Assembly: GCA_946534585.1 (NCBI GenBank)
Contig: CAMNCV010000048.1
Location: forward strand, 19,245-83,244
Source: an uncultured Prevotellaceae bacterium
GTDB lineage: Bacteria > Bacteroidota > Bacteroidia > Bacteroidales > Bacteroidaceae
Length of the DNA stretch: 64,000 bases
Direction: 5' to 3'
Shown: positions 42,786 to 52,172 of the stretch, one piece after another
Layout of the letters: each line of letters opens with the position of its first letter
How positions within the stretch are numbered: position 1 is the first letter of the stretch
The notes under the pieces: generated by a model
The model's database searches: none
What the model saw: only the letters and a program-made list of their open reading frames with translations
What the model was told of the DNA's origin: nothing
Position numbers and translations under genes: made by a program

Positions 42786-43433
42786 ATGAATAACCTGATA
42801 ATAAGCATAGGTCGCCAACTGGGCAGTGGCGGCTGTGAGATAGCACGCAAGCTGGCAAATGACATGAATTGCCACTTCTATGACCGCGAACTGATTAACT
42901 TGGCTGCGGAACGCTGCGGCTTTAATCCGAAGATATTTGAGAAACAGGATGAGAACTACGGCACGCTGAAGACCTTGTTTGGTGCCTTCTCCGGCCGACT
43001 GGGCAGGATGTCGGGTGCTTTCTACAGCAACACTATGTCGCAGGAGGAACTGTTTCAGATACAGAGCGAAGCCATTTTCAAGGCTGCAAAGACGGAGGAC
43101 TGCGTGTTTGTAGGGCGATGCGCCGACTATATTCTGCGCAATAAGCCGGGACTGTTTTCCGTGTTCATCACCGCCAATGATGATGACCGCACGGCGGAGG
43201 TGGCACGACGCCGCGGCTGCACCACCGACGAGGCACGACGCTTCATAGAGCGTAAGGAGGCTGAGCGCGCCGCTTACTACAACTACTATACCTCAAAGAA
43301 ATGGGGCGCTGCCGAGAGTTACGACTTTTGCATCAATTCCTCTCTGCTGGGCTGGGAGCGCACTGCCGAGGTGATAGAGCAGGTCATCCGCACCACAAGG
43401 GAGGAGGGTTTAAGAGTGAAAAGTGAAAAGTGA
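42786..43433 (+). CDS. Cytidylate kinase-like family protein
   Basis: ISIGRQLGSGG, YDRELI, VFVGRCADYIL, RAAYYNYYT..KWG...YDFCINSS; C-terminus runs into a heptamer array. Confidence 0.85.
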   Translation: MNNLIISIGRQLGSGGCEIARKLANDMNCHFYDRELINLAAERCGFNPKIFEKQDENYGTLKTLFGAFSGRLGRMSGAFYSNTMSQEELFQIQSEAIFKAAKTEDCVFVGRCADYILRNKPGLFSVFITANDDDRTAEVARRRGCTTDEARRFIERKEAERAAYYNYYTSKKWGAAESYDFCINSSLLGWERTAEVIEQVIRTTREEGLRVKSEK

Positions 43434-43618
43434 AAAGTGAAAAGTGAAAAGTGAAGAGTGAAGAGTGAAGAATACCTTGCGGAGTGTGAAGTGAAGAGTG
43501 AAGAGAGAAGAGTGAAGAGAGAAGAATACCATGCGGATGACATACAGTCAAATGGTAACTTAAATTTTTCGCTTACGCTCAACAACTCGTCTTCACTCTC
43601 TACTCTACACTCTTCACT
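43415..43618. repeat. Compound heptamer inverted-repeat element (AGTGAAR arrays / CTTCACT array)
   Basis: (AGTGAAA)x5 (AGTGAAG)x3 AATACCTTGCGGA; (AGWGAAG)x5 AATACCATGCGGATG; right arm CTTCACT CTCTACT CTACACT CTTCACT. Confidence 0.9.
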
Positions 43619-43656
43619 GAAGGGTGGAGGGATGAGGGAAGAAAAATAAAATCGAT

Positions 43657-44319
43657 ATGAATCCTATAGCATATTTCCATAGTCCGTTTCGTACTAAATT
43701 CGGCATACCGCGACAAGCCGGAGTGGTGGAGGAACTGCCCGGCAGCATAGTGCTGTGCAAGCCGTGGCGCTCACGCGATGCCGTGCGCGGACTGGAAGGG
43801 TTTGACTATCTGTGGCTTCTGTGGCGCTGCCACCAGCGCGATGCCCTTACGGCGCGGCCGCCGCGACTGGGTGGCAACCGGCAGATGGGTGTGTTTGCCA
43901 CGCGCAGTCCCTTCCGTCCCAATCCCATCGGACTGTCATCTGTGCGCCTCGTAAGCATCGACCATGACTGTGCCGATGCACCCGTAATCCACGTCAGCGG
44001 GGCCGACCTCATGGATGGCACGGAGATTTTCGATATAAAGCCTTACATACCCTATACTGATGCCCATCCCGATGCCCGTGCCGGCTTTACCGATGCCGTT
44101 GACTGGCAGCCCTTGCGTGTGGTATATGGCGATGCGGCACTGCACTCACTGCCGCAGGAGTTATTACCCGTACTGACGAGGGTGCTGCAACAGGACCCGC
44201 GACCGCATTACCACGATGACCCCACTCGCACCTATGGCATGCAGTACGACCATTATGACATACACTTCACCGTCAGTGACGACACACTTACCGTGACGTC
44301 ATGTACACAACTGCGATAA
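43657..44319 (+). CDS. trmO: tRNA m6t6A37 methyltransferase TrmO/TsaA
   Basis: KFGIPRQ, RPPRLGGN..MGVFATRSPFRPNPIGLS, DLMDGT.IFDIKPY, QDPRP. Confidence 0.9.
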   Translation: MNPIAYFHSPFRTKFGIPRQAGVVEELPGSIVLCKPWRSRDAVRGLEGFDYLWLLWRCHQRDALTARPPRLGGNRQMGVFATRSPFRPNPIGLSSVRLVSIDHDCADAPVIHVSGADLMDGTEIFDIKPYIPYTDAHPDARAGFTDAVDWQPLRVVYGDAALHSLPQELLPVLTRVLQQDPRPHYHDDPTRTYGMQYDHYDIHFTVSDDTLTVTSCTQLR

Positions 44320-44321
44320 CA

Positions 44322-46070
44322 TCATCGACCGCCGCCACCGCCGCCGCCAGAGTAGCCACCGCCACCAGAATATGACGACGAACTGAAGTAACCACTGCTG
44401 TATGACGACGAACCGCCACTACTGCGGTACTTGACCCTGTCAGTCACCGACGTGGCAAGCAACGCATCGCTCCATGTAGAAAGCGAGCTGACTTCTACAC
44501 TCTCTATGCTGCGAGCCAGTTCTGAGAGCTTCATATACTCAGGGTTTAGCTTCGTCATCTCCTTCATCACCTTGTCGGCAATGCCGAAATACTGCGCATA
44601 TACCAAATACTCATCCCACAGCTTCACATCTATGATATTGCGCTCATTGAGGAGCGAGAAATCCTTGAGGAAAGCCTTCAGTCCTGCGAGGTCCCTGGCA
44701 TTCTTTTCTATGTAATCATCATCGGCCTCGGCATCAAGCAGATTTTTGAGGTTCTTCACCTCGGTGTAGTTATTCTTCTTGTGACAGAAATCCTTCAGTT
44801 CGCTTGGCTGCAATATGCGGTCGGCACCAGCCGCGCCGGTCAATACGCTCAGTATGCGCTGCTCCAGTTTGCGGTCGCCATTGAGTTCCTTCTCCACCTT
44901 ACGGCACGGCCTTTCTATCTTCAGCATATCGGTCATCTTTGCCTTGCCCTTCTTCTTTTCATACATCTGCCGCGTGACGGAGATGTCGCCGCGTGCTATC
45001 AGTCTTAGCAGTATGGCACTGCTCACGCGCTCCTTCGACACGTTGCTCAGGTAGTTCAGCTGGCTCTCCATGCTGCGGTTCTCGGCAAGCGACCATTCCT
45101 TCTTTATGTCGCGGTAGTAGTAGCCGCTGGCAATCCCCAGTGCCTTTCGCCTCTTGTATATGCGCAGAGGCTTCAGGGAGACGAGCCACCACAGTCCGAG
45201 GAGCAGTTTCCATCCCCATATAGCGCAATACACGAGCAACAGCGGCAGGAGTATGCACAATAACAGCACCAGCGCCAATATGCCTAAGTATGCCAGTATT
45301 TCCCACATGCTCATGTCGTCGTCATCCTCGAAGTCGCTGCCCTCCAGAGCCTTTGCCTTTCGCTCCGCCCATGTGACAGAGGCCTTCACGGCAGGATGGA
45401 ACACCCCCTTGTCGAACTCCAGCATCACTATCACCCGCTTGCCTATGTCAGAACCCTCGGTGACCACCTTGTCACCGTCAAACACAATGGTGCCGCCTTC
45501 GAAGCCGAACGCCCATCGGCGCGTGTTGGCCTCGGAGAGCCGTACGGCGTTGCTGTCACTGCGGCATATCGTCACCAGCGCATGCTTCACGGGACAGCTC
45601 ATCTCGACGAAGCAATGGTTGAAACCGTCGTTGGTGTCGTAAGCCTTCACCAGTCCGGTGAGCGTATATCTCACCACGTAGGTGTGCTGACCGTAGTCGC
45701 CGAACCCCCAGCATATCTCGTCGCCGCCATGCAGTCCGCAGTTGCCTGTCTTCTCAGCGCGCGAGGCATCCACATCCCAGTTGCTCATGGTGTGAAAGGG
45801 CTGCAGTCCCTCCTTGTCAGGTATGAAGCCCTCCATCTCAAGGTCGCGTATCTCCATGCCTTCCTGCAGGCGGTGCTTCACGTACCATTCGGTCTTGGCG
45901 TCTTCACTGTTCACGGTGATGAGCCAGTGCTCCTCTATCCGTGCCGTACCGTCATCGTCGAGCGTGGCAGTGACCCTCACGCTGTCCACCCAGCTGGCAT
46001 GGACGCTCACAGTGGTCAGGAGCATCAATACCACCGACGCCACTGTCTTTCTTATGGATAATCTGTGCAT
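44322..46070 (-). CDS. DUF2207 domain membrane protein
   Basis: Signal peptide; TLDDDGTARIEEHW; TM segment; LWDEYLVYAQYFGIADKV; Gly/Ser tail GGGGYSGGGGGGGR. Confidence 0.82.
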   Translation of the reverse strand: MHRLSIRKTVASVVLMLLTTVSVHASWVDSVRVTATLDDDGTARIEEHWLITVNSEDAKTEWYVKHRLQEGMEIRDLEMEGFIPDKEGLQPFHTMSNWDVDASRAEKTGNCGLHGGDEICWGFGDYGQHTYVVRYTLTGLVKAYDTNDGFNHCFVEMSCPVKHALVTICRSDSNAVRLSEANTRRWAFGFEGGTIVFDGDKVVTEGSDIGKRVIVMLEFDKGVFHPAVKASVTWAERKAKALEGSDFEDDDDMSMWEILAYLGILALVLLLCILLPLLLVYCAIWGWKLLLGLWWLVSLKPLRIYKRRKALGIASGYYYRDIKKEWSLAENRSMESQLNYLSNVSKERVSSAILLRLIARGDISVTRQMYEKKKGKAKMTDMLKIERPCRKVEKELNGDRKLEQRILSVLTGAAGADRILQPSELKDFCHKKNNYTEVKNLKNLLDAEADDDYIEKNARDLAGLKAFLKDFSLLNERNIIDVKLWDEYLVYAQYFGIADKVMKEMTKLNPEYMKLSELARSIESVEVSSLSTWSDALLATSVTDRVKYRSSGGSSSYSSGYFSSSSYSGGGGYSGGGGGGGR

Positions 46071-46127
46071 TGTATCTATTGTCAGGTTTCAAGTTGTAAT
46101 ATATTCTACCTAAAAAGACATTCTACA

Positions 46128-46173
46128 TAAAAAGCGCAGGACCTACGACCTCATGCCATACTGTCTTGCGCTT
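46128..46173 (-). terminator. Hairpin/terminator downstream of tRNA-Pro
   Basis: AAGCGCAGGAC / GTCTTGCGCTT stem with a T-run on the minus strand. Confidence 0.55.
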
Positions 46174-46180
46174 AAAAAAG

Positions 46181-46254
46181 TCGGGATGACCAGACTCGAA
46201 CTGGCGACCACACGCCCCCCAGACGCGTACGCTAACCAACTGCGCCACATCCCG
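46181..46254 (-). tRNA. tRNA-Pro (GGG)
   Basis: Minus strand CGGGATGTGGCGCAGTTGGTTAGCGTACGCGTCTGGGGGGCGTGTGGTCGCCAGTTCGAGTCTGGTCATCCCGA: acceptor stem, anticodon loop CT-GGG-GG, T-loop GTTCGA; CCA not encoded. Confidence 0.95.
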
Positions 46255-46273
46255 ATTTCGTTAAAATCAGATG

Positions 46274-46305
46274 CAAAGGTATAATTTTTTTCGGATATAC
46301 GCAAG
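46274..46305 (-). promoter_or_regulatory. Promoter for tRNA-Pro
   Basis: Minus strand CTTG - 20 nt - TACCTTTG. Confidence 0.7.
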
Positions 46306-46386
46306 TATTTCACGCCTTTTTTTGTTAATTTGGGTGAAATGTAAATATATCATGGACGTTGCTGCATTTTTACAAAATATATTTCG

Positions 46387-46394
46387 TAAATTTG
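46387..46394 (+). promoter_or_regulatory. -7 promoter element for aroA
   Basis: TAAATTTG 37 nt before ATG. Confidence 0.55.
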
Positions 46395-46430
46395 CGTTAT
46401 TTGTATATATAAATTTTATAACACACACAA

Positions 46431-47696
46431 ATGCAATATATAATCAATGCGCCGGAGCGCGTGGACTGCCACATACAGCTGCCGGCTTCAAAAAGCATAA
46501 GTAACCGTGCGCTCGTGATGAACGCACTGGCAGGGGCTGATACCCACCCCGAAAACCTTAGTAAGTGCGACGATACCGACGTGATGGTAAGCGCCCTGCG
46601 CGACATGCCCTACGAGATTGACATCAAGGCCGCAGGCACTGCCATGCGCTTCATTACCGCCCTGCTCTCAGTAGGCGAGGGCGAGCACGTCATTACTGGC
46701 ACGGAACGCATGCGACACCGTCCCATCTCGGTACTGGTTGACGCTCTACGACAGCTGGGTGCCGACATAGAATATGCCGGCGAGGAGGGCTTCCCACCCC
46801 TGCGCATAAGGGGAAAGAAACTCTCTGGCGGCAAACTTGAGGTGCCGGGCAACGTCTCCTCGCAGTATATCTCGGCACTGCTGATGATAGGTCCGGCCAT
46901 GAAGGAGGGACTGACGCTGCGCCTTACGGGCGAGATTTTCTCGCGCCCCTACATCGACCTCACGGTATGCCTGATGCGTGAGTTCGGTGCCGACGCCGAG
47001 TGGTCTGACCCCTCTACCATCAAAGTGAAGCCCGTGAAGTATTCGCCAGAGCCTTTCTATATCGAGAACGACTGGAGCGCTGCCAGCTATTGGTATGAAA
47101 TCGTGGCTTTGCTCAACAAGAAAAGCCATGACGCCGCCGACAACCAGGTGATTATGTCGGGACTGAAAGACAGCAGCCGACAGGGCGACAGTGCCGTGCG
47201 CTACATCTTCAGTATGCTCGGCGTGAAGACCACCTTCGCCGAGAAGAATGCCCTCAAGCCCACCGACGTGACGCTGTCAGCACACCATCGTGCACTGCCA
47301 CGCTTCGACTTCGACCTCGTGGGACAGCCTGACCTGGCGCAGACCGTGGTGGTGACAACGGCGCTGATGGGCATACCATTCCGCTTCGGCGGACTGCAGA
47401 CGCTGCGCATAAAGGAGACTGACCGCATTGCGGCTCTGAAGACGGAGATGAGAAAACTGGGCTACGTGCTCGATGACTCCGTAGAGGGCGAACTATCATG
47501 GGACGGCACACGATGCGAGGCGATGCCGGAACCCGTAATCGACACCTACGACGACCACCGCATGGCGATGGCTTTCGCTCCGGCTGCCATCATGTTTCCC
47601 GGAATGAGGATGAACAACCCCGAAGTGGTAACGAAGAGCTACCCGGAGTTCTGGGACGAACTGCGCAAGGCGGGTTTCAGCATCACCGAGGCATAA
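46431..47696 (+). CDS. aroA: EPSP synthase
   Basis: PASKSISNRAL, AAGTAMRF, SSQYISALL, LRIKETDRI, TYDDHRMAM, KSYPEFW. Confidence 0.96.
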   Translation: MQYIINAPERVDCHIQLPASKSISNRALVMNALAGADTHPENLSKCDDTDVMVSALRDMPYEIDIKAAGTAMRFITALLSVGEGEHVITGTERMRHRPISVLVDALRQLGADIEYAGEEGFPPLRIRGKKLSGGKLEVPGNVSSQYISALLMIGPAMKEGLTLRLTGEIFSRPYIDLTVCLMREFGADAEWSDPSTIKVKPVKYSPEPFYIENDWSAASYWYEIVALLNKKSHDAADNQVIMSGLKDSSRQGDSAVRYIFSMLGVKTTFAEKNALKPTDVTLSAHHRALPRFDFDLVGQPDLAQTVVVTTALMGIPFRFGGLQTLRIKETDRIAALKTEMRKLGYVLDDSVEGELSWDGTRCEAMPEPVIDTYDDHRMAMAFAPAAIMFPGMRMNNPEVVTKSYPEFWDELRKAGFSITEA

Positions 47697-47721
47697 CCAT
47701 ATTCCCTGAGAGCCAATCCAT

Positions 47722-47806
47722 GCAATAGCACTGCAATCATATACAAAAGGCAAAGCTATTACACTCTTAAGGCACCGCGATTGCTCACCAAAAGCACTGC
47801 GATTAC
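47722..47806. repeat. 22-bp-period quasi-palindromic array (4 units)
   Basis: GCAATAGCACTGCAATCAT ata CAAAAGGCAAAGCTATTAC act CTTAAGGCACCGCGATTGC tca CCAAAAGCACTGCGATTAC. Confidence 0.75.
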
Positions 47807-47821
47807 GATACCACACGACAG

Positions 47822-50800
47822 ATGACAACTAACACACATAACGACACGCTGCAACGCAGGACTGGAGACCACCGTCTTCAATCCTGGCGTCACGCTGTCT
47901 GCCGCATGGCCATGTGGATGCTGTGTCTCACTGCGCTGTCATCGTGCGCTCTGAAGAAAAACACCTCGCTGACGCGCTTCTGGCATTCGCTCAACACTCG
48001 CTACAACATCTACTACAACGGGGCGCAGGCCTACATCGAGGGCTCGAAGGAGAAGGAGAAGGGCAACAAGGACAACTATACGGAGCAGATACCGCTCTAC
48101 ACCGTAAGCAACAAGGGCAGTCGCGACTTGGGCAAGGGAAATTTCGAAACCGCAATAACCAAGGCCGAGAAAGCCATACAGCTGCACAGCATAAAGACCA
48201 AGCCCGAATGGAATAAGGAGCGACGCAAGACACCGGAAGACATTGAGTGGCTCTCGCGCAAGGAGTATAACCCCTTCCTGTGGAGAGCATGGATGCTCAT
48301 GGGCAGGTCGCAGTTCTACAAGGGAGAGTTTGACGAGGCGGCTGCCACGTTCAACTATATGTCGCGCCTATACAAGGGCCAGCCCTCCATCTACGGCAAG
48401 GCAAGGGCGTGGCTCGCCAAGTGCTATATAGAAAGCGGATGGATATACGATGCCGAGGACGTAATACGCAACCAGATGCGCGACAGCATCGACTGGCGTG
48501 CACAGAAGGAGTGGGACTATACACTCTGCGACTACTACCTGCATACGGGCGACCTCACGAAGTCGGCCGAGTACCTGCGCAAGGTGATACGCCACGAGAT
48601 GCGACGCAAGCAGCGTGCGCGCGAATATTTCCTGCTCGGACAGATTGAGGCGGCGCAGGGGCATAAGCAGCAGGCATACGAGGCCTTCCGCAAGGTGACA
48701 CGCATGAACCCGCCCTACGAACTGCAGTTCAACGCTCGCATAGCCATGACAGAGGTTTTGGCAGAGGGACAGTCGCGCAAGATGATTAGCCGACTCAGGC
48801 GCATGGCACGCAATGAGAACAACAAGGACTACCTTGACCAGGTATATTACGCCATGGGCAACATCTATCTGGCTGAGAAGGATACCGCAAATGCCATAGC
48901 CGCCTACGAGAAGGGCAACGAGAAGGCTACACGCGCGGGCGTGGAGAAGGGCGTGCTGCTGCTGCATCTGGGCGACCTCTACTGGATTAAGGAGAAGTAT
49001 GGCGATGCAAAGCGCTGCTACGGCGAGGCTATAGGACTGCTCGACAAGGAGAGACCCGACTACGAACAACTGTCTAAACGCTCGAAGGTGCTCGACGAAC
49101 TGGTGCCTTATACTGATGCCATCTACCTGCAGGACTCACTGCTGGCTCTGTCAGAGATGCCTGAGAAGGAGCGTCTGGAGGCCATAGACCGAGTAATCAA
49201 GGAACTGAAACGCAAGGAGAAGGAGGAACAGGCGAAGCTGACTGATGCCGAGGTGGAGAAGCGAAAGCAGCAGTATGCTCTGCCCGAACAGCAGAAGCAA
49301 CCCGAAACCAAGGGCGCATTGCCTGCGGCAGGGGCAAAGGGCGGCGCGTGGTATTTCTATAACTCACAAGCCGTAATGCAGGGTAAGCAGGCTTTCCAGC
49401 GCACGTGGGGACGGCGAGAGAACGTGGATGACTGGCGCAGAAACAACCGCACCGTGGTGGCTGACAACACCGAAGAGATTGACGAGAGCCAACTCACCGA
49501 GGAACAGCGCGACTCGCTGGCTGCCGTGAGAGACCAAGTGAAAGAGGAAGAGGAGACCGACTCGGCACAGTTTGACCCTCACAGGCGCGAGTATTACCTG
49601 GCGCAGATTCCGTTTACGGAGGAACAGAAGGCTGAGTGTCATAATATAATAAAGGAGGGACTGTTTAAGTCGGGTGTCATCTTCAAGGACAAACTCGATA
49701 ATCTCAGGCTCAGCGAGAAGCAGTTTGACCGACTGCGCCGCGACTACGACGACTATGAGCCAAAGGACGAGACCTACTACCACCTCTTCCTGCTTCACTC
49801 AAGGAAGGGAGACCACGACGTAGCAAAGACCTTCATCGACTCGCTGAAAGAGTATTGTCCTGACTCCAAATACACAGTGCTGCTCACTGACCCTTACTTC
49901 GAGGAGAACGCACGCTTCGGAAAGCATATCGAGGATTCACTCTACGGCGCTACGTACGAGGCTTTCAAGGAAGACCGCTTCCAGGAGGTTTATGCCAATG
50001 CCGCCATATCCGAACAGCGTTTCCCGTTGGGCGACAACCGCGACCGCTTCCTCTTCTTCTATGGTATGGCAAGACTTAATGACGGCCAGCCCGACAGTTG
50101 CGTGGCGGCAATGGAGAAGGTGGTGAGTGACTACCCGCAAAGCCCCGTCAGCGAGATGGCCGGCATGATTATCAACGGCGTAAGAAGCGGCAGACAGATA
50201 TACGGGGGCAAGTTCGACCTCTCTGACGTATGGAACCGACGTGGCATCACGCTGGGTACCGATGCCATCGACACTACACGCACTTTCTCCAAGGAACGCA
50301 ACACGGAGTTTGCCTTCCTCATGGCGTATGCACCTGACAGCGTCAACGAAAATCAGCTGCTTTTCCAGATGGCACGCTATAACTTCACCAGTTTCATGGT
50401 GCGCTCGTTTGACATCGACATCGAGAATTCCTACGGTATGCACCACATGATTGTCAGTGGCTTCCGCAACTTCGACGAGGCTCGTCAGTACTCCCGACTG
50501 CTTCTGCAGCAGGAGGGCGTGCGCCGCGTGATGGGCAAGGCACGGCCTATCGTCATCAGCGAGGAGAACCTGCAGCTTATCGGCACGCGATATTCATATA
50601 ATGACTATGACACGTTCTACGTCAGTCACTTCGCCCCACTGCCTATGGAGCGCCAAGACGGACTATATGAGGCTACCGAGGTGAAGACGGAGGATAGCGG
50701 CACGCGCCTCACCGAGCGTGACGAACAGGGCGAGGAACACGCCGTTGACTACGACCCTGTGAAGCCTCTGCTGCCTACGGAGGAGGTTGCTCCGGGCGGT

Positions 50801-51514
50801 GCAAAGCCTGTTGACCCCGAGAAGAAAGCGGATGACGCTGAGACTGACACGGATGACATAGGCGGTGTGTTCAACATCAACGCTGGCACGGAAGTTGCTA
50901 ATCCTAAGGATGAGGGCATAGACATTGCCCCTGCTGATGAAACCCCACAGCCTGCTGAGGACAATGCCTTCGATATTCCTGATACAAAGGAGGAACAGAA
51001 GCCTGCTGAGGATAATGCCTTTGACATTCCTGAGACAAAGGAGGAACAGAAGACTGCTGAGGATAATAACTTCGACATTCCTGAGACAAAGGAAGAACAG
51101 AAGACTGCTGAGGATAATGCCTTTGACATTCCTGATACAAAGGAGGAACAGAAGACTGCTGAGGATAATGCCTTCGATATTCCTGAGACAAAGGAGGAAC
51201 AGAAGACTGCTGAGGATAATAACTTCGACATTCCTGATACAAAGGAGGAACAGAAGGCTGCTGAGGATAATGCCTTCGACATTCCTGAGACAAAGGAGGA
51301 ACAGAAGGCTGCCGAAGAAGAAAGATTTGAGTTTACGACTGACGAACCGCAAGCCCAACAGTCTGACGACGAAGGAATAGAGATAGACATTGACAATCAG
51401 AGCGGCACTGCGGAGCAAGGCAACGATGAATACTTCGACCTTGAGGGCTCCGAAGAGGGCAAGAAATCATCACGCGACCTCGAAGACGAGTACTACGAGC
51501 TCGAAGGCTTCTGA
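47822..51514 (+). CDS. TPR lipoprotein, SprE/PorW (T9SS) family-like, with acidic repeat tail
   Basis: Lipobox ALSSC; KKNT..TRFWH...TRYNIYYNG, TPR helices, WYFYN...F...WGRRENVDDWRR; start codon uncertain. Confidence 0.78.
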   Translation: MTTNTHNDTLQRRTGDHRLQSWRHAVCRMAMWMLCLTALSSCALKKNTSLTRFWHSLNTRYNIYYNGAQAYIEGSKEKEKGNKDNYTEQIPLYTVSNKGSRDLGKGNFETAITKAEKAIQLHSIKTKPEWNKERRKTPEDIEWLSRKEYNPFLWRAWMLMGRSQFYKGEFDEAAATFNYMSRLYKGQPSIYGKARAWLAKCYIESGWIYDAEDVIRNQMRDSIDWRAQKEWDYTLCDYYLHTGDLTKSAEYLRKVIRHEMRRKQRAREYFLLGQIEAAQGHKQQAYEAFRKVTRMNPPYELQFNARIAMTEVLAEGQSRKMISRLRRMARNENNKDYLDQVYYAMGNIYLAEKDTANAIAAYEKGNEKATRAGVEKGVLLLHLGDLYWIKEKYGDAKRCYGEAIGLLDKERPDYEQLSKRSKVLDELVPYTDAIYLQDSLLALSEMPEKERLEAIDRVIKELKRKEKEEQAKLTDAEVEKRKQQYALPEQQKQPETKGALPAAGAKGGAWYFYNSQAVMQGKQAFQRTWGRRENVDDWRRNNRTVVADNTEEIDESQLTEEQRDSLAAVRDQVKEEEETDSAQFDPHRREYYLAQIPFTEEQKAECHNIIKEGLFKSGVIFKDKLDNLRLSEKQFDRLRRDYDDYEPKDETYYHLFLLHSRKGDHDVAKTFIDSLKEYCPDSKYTVLLTDPYFEENARFGKHIEDSLYGATYEAFKEDRFQEVYANAAISEQRFPLGDNRDRFLFFYGMARLNDGQPDSCVAAMEKVVSDYPQSPVSEMAGMIINGVRSGRQIYGGKFDLSDVWNRRGITLGTDAIDTTRTFSKERNTEFAFLMAYAPDSVNENQLLFQMARYNFTSFMVRSFDIDIENSYGMHHMIVSGFRNFDEARQYSRLLLQQEGVRRVMGKARPIVISEENLQLIGTRYSYNDYDTFYVSHFAPLPMERQDGLYEATEVKTEDSGTRLTERDEQGEEHAVDYDPVKPLLPTEEVAPGGAKPVDPEKKADDAETDTDDIGGVFNINAGTEVANPKDEGIDIAPADETPQPAEDNAFDIPDTKEEQKPAEDNAFDIPETKEEQKTAEDNNFDIPETKEEQKTAEDNAFDIPDTKEEQKTAEDNAFDIPETKEEQKTAEDNNFDIPDTKEEQKAAEDNAFDIPETKEEQKAAEEERFEFTTDEPQAQQSDDEGIEIDIDNQSGTAEQGNDEYFDLEGSEEGKKSSRDLEDEYYELEGF
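50954..51310 (+). repeat. Coding tandem repeat, 7 x 51 bp (17 aa)
   Basis: AEDN(A/N)FDIP(D/E)TKEEQK(P/T/A) seven times. Confidence 0.95.
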
Positions 51515-51589
51515 CAATTTAAATCACCTTTTTAGTATGCGGCGATGGCATCGTCGCTATCCATTAACCCCTTTAAACACTGAACAACA

Positions 51590-51904
51590 ATGGAAGTAAC
51601 AATCACAAACGAAAACTTTGAAACACTGAAAAACGGCAGCACACCGTTTATCGTGGATTTCTGGGCAGAATGGTGCGGCCCATGCAAGATGATAGCCCCT
51701 ATACTATCGCAGTTGGCAGAAGAATACGACGGCAAGGTCATCGTAGGCAAATGCAACGTTGACGAAGTCGAGGAGGTAGCCGCACAGATGGGCATACGCA
51801 ACATCCCCACCCTCATCTTCTTCAAGAACGGTGAGGAGGTTGACCGCTCCGTCGGTGCAGTAAGCAAGCAGATTCTCCAGCAGAAGTTCGACGCCGTAAT
51901 CTAA
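51590..51904 (+). CDS. trxA: Thioredoxin
   Basis: VDFWAEWCGPCK, IRNIPT; 104 aa. Confidence 0.96.
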   Translation: MEVTITNENFETLKNGSTPFIVDFWAEWCGPCKMIAPILSQLAEEYDGKVIVGKCNVDEVEEVAAQMGIRNIPTLIFFKNGEEVDRSVGAVSKQILQQKFDAVI

Positions 51905-51974
51905 GACAAAGACTCTGCAAGCGAGCACCCTTCTTGTTTGCACCGATACCATCGGTGCAGTGCAACAAAAGGAT

Positions 51975-52062
51975 TTTCCCACAGATTTCACGGATTACTC
52001 AGATTAGCCAACGCAATAGGTCGTTAACTAAAATCTGTGTAATCCGTGAAATCTGTGGGAAA
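51975..52062. repeat. Nonamer-unit inverted repeat (31-bp arms, 1 mismatch) between convergent genes
   Basis: TTTCCCACAGATTTCACGGATTACTCAGATT ... AATCTGTGTAATCCGTGAAATCTGTGGGAAA. Confidence 0.9.
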
Positions 52063-52165
52063 TATCTTATCTGCGATAACTTCTGTCTGTGGGAAATATC
52101 TTATCTGCGATAACTTCTGTCTGTGGGAAATATCTTATCTGCGCTAAACTTCTGTCTGTGGGAAA
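52052..52165. repeat. 34-bp tandem repeat (3 units plus a partial)
   Basis: TCTGTGGGAAATATCTTATCTGCGATAACTTCTG repeated head-to-tail without spacers. Confidence 0.9.
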
Positions 52166-52172
52166 GATATCA

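Noticed and set aside
43458-43649. 63-aa ORF (and antisense 43319..43585)
   Set aside because: These are translations of the heptamer arrays with no independent sign of coding.
46181-46254. tRNA-Pro as an island integration site
   Set aside because: No integrase, no duplicated tRNA 3' end seen, and neighbouring genes have host-like composition.
50663-51418. Repetitive alternative-frame and antisense ORFs
   Set aside because: Shadows of the 51-bp coding repeat in the TPR protein.
52052-52165. 34-bp repeats as a CRISPR array
   Set aside because: Units are head-to-tail with no unique spacers, and there are no cas genes in the window.
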